Assembly: GCA_050692195.1 (NCBI GenBank)
Contig: JBOGVA010000018.1
Span: forward strand, 19,479-83,478
Origin: Actinomycetota bacterium
Lineage (GTDB): Bacteria; Actinomycetota; UBA4738
Length of the DNA: 64,000 nt
Reading direction: 5' to 3'
A model generated the notes under the pieces. The model had not been told where the DNA came from and ran no database searches. It worked only from the letters and a program-made list of their open reading frames with translations. The position numbers and the translations under genes are program-made. Positions 27,933-35,101 of the stretch are shown one piece after another (positions within the stretch are counted from its first letter, which is position 1; each line of letters opens with the position of its first letter).

Positions 27933-28890
27933 GATGGACACGAGGCTGAAGGAACTGCTGCGGGAGACCGCCGAGGAGATGCCGGTGAAGAGCCGGATGC
28001 CTGAGCAGCTGCGCCGCCGCATCCGCCGACGCCGGGCGGTCACCGCCGCGGCTGCTGGGATGGTGGCCGTGGTCCTCGTGGCGGGCGGTGTATTGGGGGC
28101 GGACGAGCTGCTGCGGGGAGCCCCCGCCACGCAACGGCCGGGCGGCGAGGTCTCCCCCACCGGGGACTCCGAGACACCCATAGAGCCCTCGCCGTCCCCG
28201 TCGCCGTCTCCGGATCCCACGGGCCAGACGCCCATCGAGGTTTTCGTCGAGGAATTCATGCAGCGCCGGGTCGACCGCAGCCAGGCGGAGGTGCTCCTGA
28301 CCACAGAGGCCGCTCGCGACTACGAGGAGGACCGCGCGAACGGGCCCTACCTGTACGACGCGGGGGAGGGCGACTGGCCGCCCGAGTTCTACACGGAGTT
28401 CCGCCTCTACTCGGTGCAGCGCCTAGACGAGGATCGATGGGAGGTAACCGTCGTCATCGAGGGCTTCTCGTTCGGCGAGGGCGACCCGGTCCTGTTCGCC
28501 GAGGTCCTCACGATCGGTCCAGGGAGGAACCAGCAGGGAGAGGACCTCGACCTCATGGTGCTCTCGGCCACGCGCCGAGGCGGCCACGAACGGCCCCAGT
28601 TCTCGATGTCACCGACGGCCGGTCGCCGCGGCACCGAGATCTCGGTCTCCGGGACGGGGGCATTCGCAGCATTCGATCCTTCACACGCAGTCGACCTGAT
28701 CGAGATCCGCTTCCTGCCGGACGATCCGCTGGCAACGATCCCGGTGAATCCGGACGGGACGTGGAGCTGGATTGTGGCGGTGCCCGACGGGGCGGACTCG
28801 TTCGTGACCTACGGCGTCGAGGCATTCGGCCTGTTGGGCGGCCGACCCGTGATGGTCTACCAGTCCCAAAGATTCTATGTGGAGGGCTGA
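27925..28890 (+). CDS. single-pass membrane protein co-transcribed with the ECF sigma (possible anti-sigma/partner)
   Basis: Overlaps the sigma stop (alternative ATG 27934). Arg-rich juxtamembrane RRRIRRRR, TM helix AVTAAAAGMVAVVLVAGGVLG, an SPSPSPSP linker and an extracytoplasmic domain. No HxxxCxxC zinc motif. Confidence 0.6.
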   Translation: MGEMDTRLKELLRETAEEMPVKSRMPEQLRRRIRRRRAVTAAAAGMVAVVLVAGGVLGADELLRGAPATQRPGGEVSPTGDSETPIEPSPSPSPSPDPTGQTPIEVFVEEFMQRRVDRSQAEVLLTTEAARDYEEDRANGPYLYDAGEGDWPPEFYTEFRLYSVQRLDEDRWEVTVVIEGFSFGEGDPVLFAEVLTIGPGRNQQGEDLDLMVLSATRRGGHERPQFSMSPTAGRRGTEISVSGTGAFAAFDPSHAVDLIEIRFLPDDPLATIPVNPDGTWSWIVAVPDGADSFVTYGVEAFGLLGGRPVMVYQSQRFYVEG

Positions 28891-28894
28891 GGCC

Positions 28895-29749
28895 TCAGAG
28901 TTCAGGTCCCCGCGTATCGGGGCGCTTCGCTCGCTCCGAGGTAGACCCACGCCAGAAGGCATCTGAAGGCCTCGGGGAGTCCTCCGTCTCGAAGCGAACC
29001 GTGCGAGGGCCGGTACGGTTCGTTCCGGGAGCCAGGGCACAGAGATCCGCGGAGCTGGTGTTGGCCACGTCTGCTTCGAGCCTGAAGGGCGGGTCCGGCC
29101 GGTGCGGGGACAGCTCTCCGCGGGCTGCTGCCCGAGTGGCCTCGGCGGACGCTTTCCCGATCGCATCCCTCGCCGCCGACGGGTGCAGGCTCTTGGCCAC
29201 GTTCCGCCCGTAGGCCTCCTTCACCGTGACCGTCCGCACGCCCGGCAGCCGCTTCTCCGCCACCGCGCAGATCTTGTCGTCGCCGGTCACGAGCCCTACC
29301 GGCACCCCGAAGGTCCCGGCGTAGGCCGCGTTCAGCTCCGCCTCGGTCACGGGCTCGCCGTTCAGCCGGACCTCGTAGAGCAGGCGGCCCGAATAGGTGT
29401 GGTCGAGGACGGCCGCCTGGGTGCCGGCCCCGGCATGGTATCCGACGAACAACGCCACCCCGAACTCCGGCCCGAGGCCCTGCATCATCGACAGGACCTT
29501 CGGAGAGCCGATGACCAGCTCCGCGCGTGGGTCCATCTTCTCCGGCAGGAGGTTGTACATGTCCCCGTGGGAGTCGTTCACGACGACGGCCGCCGCCCCG
29601 CCGTCGAATGCCCCGGCCACCGCCGCGTTTGCCTCGTGGGTCATCAGCTCACGGGCCGCCGGGAAGTCGTCGCTCCCTCGCATGACCTGCTGCAAGTGCG
29701 CGATCCCGGCGATCCCTTCCATGTCGATCGAGACGAAGACGTTGGTCAC
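28895..29749 (-). CDS. M55 family metallopeptidase (DppA-type D-aminopeptidase)
   Basis: GTG 29749 preceded by AAAGGAG (5-nt spacer). Motifs: VFVSIDMEGIAGI, VVVNDSHGDM, FVGYHAGAG. Confidence 0.85.
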   Translation of the reverse strand: MTNVFVSIDMEGIAGIAHLQQVMRGSDDFPAARELMTHEANAAVAGAFDGGAAAVVVNDSHGDMYNLLPEKMDPRAELVIGSPKVLSMMQGLGPEFGVALFVGYHAGAGTQAAVLDHTYSGRLLYEVRLNGEPVTEAELNAAYAGTFGVPVGLVTGDDKICAVAEKRLPGVRTVTVKEAYGRNVAKSLHPSAARDAIGKASAEATRAAARGELSPHRPDPPFRLEADVANTSSADLCALAPGTNRTGPRTVRFETEDSPRPSDAFWRGSTSERAKRPDTRGPEL

Positions 29750-29780
29750 GGCCGCTCCTTTCGCCACACGGAACTATGGG

Positions 29781-30068
29781 TCACCGCACCGGGCAGGCGC
29801 AGGGGATCTGCCCGCACGAAGGGCAGCCTCGCCCGTACCGCGCCGCCGCCTCCTCGAGGTCGACGCCGGCCAGATTGGCCACCGACGCCAGCCACGCCAG
29901 GACGTCTCCCGCCTCGTGGGTCCGGGCGGACCGGTCGGGCCCTCGCAGCGACTTCGCCAGCTCGCCGACCTCCTCCACCATCCATCGGAAGGTGCCGTCG
30001 ACGCCCCTGGCCGCATCTCGCTCGACGAAGGTTCGGCGGATCACGTCCTGAAACTCGGAAAGATGCAT
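29781..30068 (-). CDS. MazG-like nucleotide pyrophosphohydrolase domain protein
   Basis: 95 aa. EEVGELAKSL...EAGDVLAWLASVANLAGVDLEEA is a typical small MazG fold, followed by a Cys-rich tail (CPSCGQIPCAC). Confidence 0.7.
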   Translation of the reverse strand: MHLSEFQDVIRRTFVERDAARGVDGTFRWMVEEVGELAKSLRGPDRSARTHEAGDVLAWLASVANLAGVDLEEAAARYGRGCPSCGQIPCACPVR

Positions 30069-30131
30069 CGGCCGAGTCTACGTCACCCGCCGGCCGCGGC
30101 CTGCCCGAGCACAGCCCGCCCGGCGCGCCGT

Positions 30132-31619
30132 CTACTTCGCGGCAGCCTGGCGCGTGAGCGCCGCCCCCTCCGGCAGCGGGAGGGCGGGGATCCTCACCTC
30201 CACCCGGTCGGCCTGGGCCTCGTGACCGGTCCTCGCCTGGAGGGCATAGACGAGGAGCGGCGGGCCGTAACGGAGGAGGGCGAGCATGCTCCATCCCAGC
30301 CAGGGGGGAAGGAGCCATGCCGTGATGAGCGAGGTGGCCGAGAACGTCAGGATCGGATACGTCAGGCGGTTGCGGGGGAGAACCGCCACGAGGAGCAGGG
30401 GGCCGACGAGGTACCAGTACAGGAACCACGGTGTGAGAAGGACATATGCCACGAGCACGCCGAGGGTGGCCTCCCAGAGCGTCTGTTCGTCCCTGACCTT
30501 CCGGACGGCCCAGGCCAAGACGGCCAGCAGAAGCGCACCCGCGATCAGCCGGACCAGGATCTCGCCGTCCCTGGGGGCTCCTCCGTAGCCGAAGGCTCGC
30601 AGCACCGGGGTGACGACCACGCGCTCGATCGTCCCGACGAGCGACTGGCTGGTGAGACTCGCCGCCCTGATCAGGCCCCTGAACGTTTCCCATCCGGCCC
30701 AGAACGGGGCGTAGGCGAAGGCCACGATGGCGGCGGAGGCGCTTGCGTGCTTGAACGCGAGCCCTGCGCCCCTCTTCCTCGCCAGCAGGACGAGATGGAG
30801 GACCAGGCCGATGGCCGCGTAGAGCTTGACCAGGCCGGCCAGAGCCAGCAGCGTTGTGGCCAGCCCATTCCGGCCGTGGCGGCGAGCCAGCAGCGCTCCC
30901 AGGAAGGCGGCGCCCACCGCCACGTCGGCCGAACCGGCCAGGGGCACCGTGATCAGGATCAGCGGGTTCCACGCGTACACGAGGAGCCCCCAGCCGCCGG
31001 CGGCGGCCGGATCCGGCCGGTGCCTGGCCAGCGACAGGATCATCACCACGACGGCGCCGTCCAGGGCCAGCACGACCAGCTTCTGGAGCGCATATGCCAG
31101 GGGAAGGCTGCTCCCGGCGACCTTCACCACCGCCGTCGACACCAGGATCCACACCGGCCCGTACACGCTCGGCTGGTTGTTCCATCGGATCCACGGGAAC
31201 CACGGGTCGGCCCACAGCTCGCTGGGGTTGACGACGTAGGGGTTGGCACCGTGCACCGCCTGCATCCGGCCGTAGAACAGGTACTGATACACGTCCTGGG
31301 ACTGCGGGGGCGGCGCCAGCAGCACGAGCAGGTGGAGGATGACCGCCCCTCCCACCAGTGCCCAGAGGGGCGCCCTTGCCCCCCGCTGCCAGGCGAATAG
31401 GGCAAGGCCATACGGAACGAAGAGCAGCAGGATGGGCCGGCTGTACCAGAAGGTCGTCCGGTTGTGGCCGACCCTGTAGTAGGGGGTGTCGCCCAGCGCC
31501 GGGCCGATCAGGAACCAGGCTCCCAGGGCGGCGCACCCCACGAAGAGAAGGGCGAGCCAGGGCAGCATCGCGGGCCGCTGCCGTTCCCCGGCGGACGGAT
31601 ACGTTCGCTCGGTCTTCAT
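30132..31619 (-). CDS. polytopic GT-C-type membrane glycosyl/mannosyltransferase (DUF2029/MptB-like)
   Basis: 495 aa with more than 10 TM helices. The loop motif SQDVYQYLFYGRMQAVHGANPY...PSVYGPVW is typical of polyprenol-phosphate-dependent mannosyltransferases. Confidence 0.65.
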   Translation of the reverse strand: MKTERTYPSAGERQRPAMLPWLALLFVGCAALGAWFLIGPALGDTPYYRVGHNRTTFWYSRPILLLFVPYGLALFAWQRGARAPLWALVGGAVILHLLVLLAPPPQSQDVYQYLFYGRMQAVHGANPYVVNPSELWADPWFPWIRWNNQPSVYGPVWILVSTAVVKVAGSSLPLAYALQKLVVLALDGAVVVMILSLARHRPDPAAAGGWGLLVYAWNPLILITVPLAGSADVAVGAAFLGALLARRHGRNGLATTLLALAGLVKLYAAIGLVLHLVLLARKRGAGLAFKHASASAAIVAFAYAPFWAGWETFRGLIRAASLTSQSLVGTIERVVVTPVLRAFGYGGAPRDGEILVRLIAGALLLAVLAWAVRKVRDEQTLWEATLGVLVAYVLLTPWFLYWYLVGPLLLVAVLPRNRLTYPILTFSATSLITAWLLPPWLGWSMLALLRYGPPLLVYALQARTGHEAQADRVEVRIPALPLPEGAALTRQAAAK

Positions 31620-31751
31620 CGAAAGGATGGGGGACCGGGCACCGGCCGCCCGGAACGACCCGATGCTACCCAGAGGCTCCGCGACGGAATCTCCCGACGT
31701 GTGGAGATCCGGTCCCAGAGTTGTACGGAAGGAGATGCCCGGCGAGACCGG

Positions 31752-32363
31752 TTAGGACATGAACTCGACGATCAGCCGCTCGTCGACCGGAACGGGCAGA
31801 GGGATCTCGTCACGTTCCGGGAGGCGGCTGAGGCGGCCGCTCACGGCATCCTTGTCCCGCTCCAGATAGGGGGGAGGGTCGGGAGTGACCTCCAGGGCCT
31901 CCCGGACCGCCAGGAAATTCTTTGCTTGTGGGGTCGCCTCGATGAGCTGCCCCGCTCGAACGTTGGCGCTGGGGATGTCCACCCGTCTCCCGTCGAGCGT
32001 GAAGTGCCCATGCGAGACGAGCTGACGGGCCTGCCGAACGGTCTGCGCGAATCCCAGCCGAAGCACCAGCGAGTCGAGCCTGATCTCCAGGAGGCGAACC
32101 AGCTCTTCGCCCGTCACGGTCTTCTTCCGGATGGCCTCCTGGAAGTACCGGCGGAACTGACGCTCTCCCACGCCGTAGATCGCCCGCAGCTTCTGCTTCT
32201 CCACGAGACGGAGGTTGAACTCCGACTGCCTTCGCCGGGCACGCCCGTGCTGGCCGGCGGGATAGGGCCGCTTACCCGATGGGCCGGCCGGACAGTTCGG
32301 CCGTCCGCAGACGGCCGCCTGGACCCGGCGACACATCCGGTGCTTCGGTCCCAGCTTCAGCAT
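31752..32363 (-). CDS. rpsD: 30S ribosomal protein S4
   Basis: 203 aa. Motifs: RPYPAGQHG, EKQKLRAIYG, RLDSLVLRLGFA, ARQLVSHGHFTLDGRRVDIPS, ERLIVEF. Confidence 0.95.
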   Translation of the reverse strand: MLKLGPKHRMCRRVQAAVCGRPNCPAGPSGKRPYPAGQHGRARRRQSEFNLRLVEKQKLRAIYGVGERQFRRYFQEAIRKKTVTGEELVRLLEIRLDSLVLRLGFAQTVRQARQLVSHGHFTLDGRRVDIPSANVRAGQLIEATPQAKNFLAVREALEVTPDPPPYLERDKDAVSGRLSRLPERDEIPLPVPVDERLIVEFMS

Positions 32364-32411
32364 TCTCCCTCCCTCGCGGGGTTCTTCCCCGCGGCGTACG
32401 AAAAGTCCCGG

Positions 32412-32485
32412 TCGGGACGGCGGGATTTGAACCCGCGACCTCAGCGTCCCGAACGCTGCGCGCTACCAAACTGCGCTACGTCCCG
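32412..32485 (-). tRNA. tRNA-Pro (anticodon CGG)
   Basis: The reverse complement reads CGGGACG-TA-GCGCAGTTTGGTAGCGC-G-CAGCG-TTCGGGA-CGCTG-AGGTC-GCGGGTTCAAATCCCGC-CGTCCCG-A. Clean cloverleaf. Confidence 0.95.
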
Positions 32486-32566
32486 AGGGCCGGCGAGCCG
32501 GCCGACCAAACAGTGTACGAGACGGCGGCTGATCGGAGCCGCCGCGCTTGCTAGCCTGTGCCTTCG

Positions 32567-33616
32567 ATGAGGATCGCCCAGGTGGCGCCGCCATGGCTTG
32601 CCGTTCCCCCGAAGGGGTATGGGGGCATCGAGTGGGTGGTGGCCCTGCTCGCCGACGGCCTGGCGGAACGAGAGCACGACGTGACGCTCTTTGCCACCGG
32701 CGACTCCACGACCAAGGCGAGTCTCGATTACGTCTTCGAGCAGGCTCCCGGGTCGAAGCTGATCAACTCGATCTGGCACGACTGCGTCCATGCGCTCCAC
32801 GCGTTCAGGGACCCGTCCCGGTTCGATGTGTTCCACGTCCATCCGCCGTGGACGGCGCTCGCTCTCGGAGCTTCGTGCGGAACACCCACGGTCCACACGT
32901 TGCACGGGTCGTTCAACTCGGAGATGCGACGGCTCTACGCCATGCTGGGCGACAAGGTCTGGTTCGTCGCGATCAGCCAGGCGCAGCGGGCCCACATGCC
33001 CGATCTCAACTACGCAGGGGTGGTCTACAACGGCGTCGATGTCGCAAAGTACCCATTCCGGAGGGAGAAGGATGACTTCCTCCTGTTCCTCGGCCGGGCG
33101 GCGCCGGAGAAGGGGGCGCTCCGGGCCGTCATGGCCGCCCGGGAGGCCGGGTCCCGCCTCGTGATGGCGGTGAAGGTGGCGGATCCGATCGAGGAAGAGC
33201 ACTGGGAACGAGACGTCCTGCCGGCCCTGCCCCCCGACGCCACCGTCCTGGGTGAGATCAGCATCGAAGAGAAGCTCGACCTTCTCTCTCGGGCCCGTGC
33301 GGTGCTATTCCCCATCGATTGGGAAGAGCCGTTCGGCCTGGTCATGACCGAGGCGATGGCGTGTGGGACCCCCGTGATCGCCACGCCGAGAGGTTCGGTT
33401 CCCGAGGTGGTGGCCGACGGGGAGACGGGATTCGTCGTCTCGGTGGCGAACTATCCTCAGGAGGCGGCAGCCGCGCTCTCCCGCCTTGACCGTATCGACC
33501 CACAGGCTTGCCGCGAGCGAGTCGAGAGGCTGTTCAGCAAGGAGGCGATGGTCACGGGCTACGAGCGTGTGTTCGAGCGTGCCGTGGGCTCGGGTTCCTC
33601 GGCACCCTCCGGCTGA
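32567..33616 (+). CDS. glycosyltransferase family 4
   Basis: MRIAQVAPPWLAVPPKGYGGIEWVV... at the N-terminus, with the C-terminal GT4 motif EEPFGLVMTEAMACGTPVIATPRGSVPEVV..GETGF. Confidence 0.9.
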   Translation: MRIAQVAPPWLAVPPKGYGGIEWVVALLADGLAEREHDVTLFATGDSTTKASLDYVFEQAPGSKLINSIWHDCVHALHAFRDPSRFDVFHVHPPWTALALGASCGTPTVHTLHGSFNSEMRRLYAMLGDKVWFVAISQAQRAHMPDLNYAGVVYNGVDVAKYPFRREKDDFLLFLGRAAPEKGALRAVMAAREAGSRLVMAVKVADPIEEEHWERDVLPALPPDATVLGEISIEEKLDLLSRARAVLFPIDWEEPFGLVMTEAMACGTPVIATPRGSVPEVVADGETGFVVSVANYPQEAAAALSRLDRIDPQACRERVERLFSKEAMVTGYERVFERAVGSGSSAPSG

Positions 33617-34536
33617 CCGCCCGCGGAAGGCTCCCGGCCGGCCGGCACTAGGTCCAGGAGCGTGGCTTCCGGCCGGCACAGGAACCGGAACGGCGCGTAC
33701 TTGCTGGTCCCGAGCCCGGGTGACACATGGAGGAAGGTCCGGCCGAGTCGCGACAGCCCCATGCACAGGCGGGTCGGGATGCTGCTGTTGGTGACGAGCG
33801 CGCCGACGAACGGCAGGCGGACCTGCCCTCCGTGGGTATGGCCGGTCAGGATCAGGTCGTAGCCCAGGGCCGCAAGCTCGGGAGCCTGCTCGGGGGAGTG
33901 CACGACGGCCAGCCCCACGCTCTCCGGCTCTTGGCGTGGGGCCACCCGGAAGTCGTGCCTCTCGATGTGAGGGTCGTCCATGCCCATCACCTCGAAGCTC
34001 ACGCCGTCCTTGGCGAGCAACGTCCTTCGGTTCCTGAGGTGAATCCAACCGTCTGCTTCGAGCTGCGCCACGAGGTCGGCGCTGCGGCCACGTCGACCAG
34101 GCCGGGGGCGTCGAGGGCGACCGTGGAAGTAGGCGGCGTAGCTGAGCGGGCGGGGCGCGTAGTAGTCGTTCGATCCGAGCACGAAATACGATGCCAGCCG
34201 CCCGCGAAGCGGACGAAGGGCCTCCACGGCCACCTCGACGGCTGCCGGCTCGCCGAGTATGTCGCCCGTGACCACGCAGATGTCGGGCCGGGGGAGCGAG
34301 GCGAGGAAGCGCCGCTTGCTCCTGTCGAAGCGGACGAGGTGGAAGTCAGAGAGGTGGAGGACGCCGACCGGTGAGGCCGCCGCCGGCAGGAGCTCCAGGC
34401 GATATCCGGCCCGGCGGTACCAGCGCCGCTCGATCAGCACACCGTAGGCGACACACGCCACTCCCAGAGCGCCGACCAAGAGTGCGGCCCGCAGGAGTGC
34501 GTCGGATAGAGTTGCCAGCACGTGGATCGAAGGCAT
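33559..34536 (-). CDS. membrane-anchored metallophosphoesterase
   Basis: 325 aa with N-terminal TM helices. Motifs: LSDFH, VVTGDI, GSNDYY, LTGHTHGGQ. Confidence 0.85.
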   Translation of the reverse strand: MPSIHVLATLSDALLRAALLVGALGVACVAYGVLIERRWYRRAGYRLELLPAAASPVGVLHLSDFHLVRFDRSKRRFLASLPRPDICVVTGDILGEPAAVEVAVEALRPLRGRLASYFVLGSNDYYAPRPLSYAAYFHGRPRRPRPGRRGRSADLVAQLEADGWIHLRNRRTLLAKDGVSFEVMGMDDPHIERHDFRVAPRQEPESVGLAVVHSPEQAPELAALGYDLILTGHTHGGQVRLPFVGALVTNSSIPTRLCMGLSRLGRTFLHVSPGLGTSKYAPFRFLCRPEATLLDLVPAGREPSAGGQPEGAEEPEPTARSNTRS

Positions 34537-34551
34537 GGGGGGCCGATTCTA

Positions 34552-35073
34552 GTGGGCGAACGCGGCGACGAGACCGAAGAGGCACGGTCCGGCTCGCGGA
34601 GCCAAGGGGAGCAGGCGAGCGCGCTGAAGGAACGCCTCGCGGCCGAGATGCGCGAGGCGATGAAGGCGAGGCAAGCGGTGCGACTGAGCGCGCTTCGACT
34701 CCTGGCGGCCTCGGTGAAGAATCGCGAGGTCGAGCTCTTGCACCCGCTTTCCGACCAGGAGTTCGTCGAAGTGGCGGGGCGGGAGGTCAAACGGCGAAAG
34801 GAGGCCGTCGAGGCCTACGAGGCGGCCGGTCGAGAGGACCGTGCGGCCCGGGAGCGGGAGGAACAGAGCGTGCTGGAGACCTATCTCCCCGAAGCCCTCG
34901 GCGACCGGGAGATCGACGGACTGATCGAGGAGGCGATCGCGGCAACCGGGGCTACCGGACCGAGCGACCTCGGGAAGGTGATGGGCCAGGTGATGGCGAA
35001 GGCCAGGGGCCGCGCGGATGGAAAGCTCATCCAGGCTCGGGTCAGGGAGCGACTGACCCCGAGGGGTTCCTGA
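34552..35073 (+). CDS. GatB/YqeY domain-containing protein
   Basis: LKERLAAEMREAMKARQAVRLSALRLL...GKVMGQVMAKARGRADGKLI. Start uncertain: GTG 34552 avoids overlap with the divergent gene, and the track's GTG 34522 is the alternative. Confidence 0.8.
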   Translation: MGERGDETEEARSGSRSQGEQASALKERLAAEMREAMKARQAVRLSALRLLAASVKNREVELLHPLSDQEFVEVAGREVKRRKEAVEAYEAAGREDRAAREREEQSVLETYLPEALGDREIDGLIEEAIAATGATGPSDLGKVMGQVMAKARGRADGKLIQARVRERLTPRGS

Positions 35074-35101
35074 GCAGGGAGACGTGACGATCCCAGACTG
35101 G

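Noticed and set aside
26430-28304. 624-aa minus-strand ORF.
   Set aside because: It is antisense to asd and the ECF sigma gene, both of which have unambiguous motifs on the plus strand.
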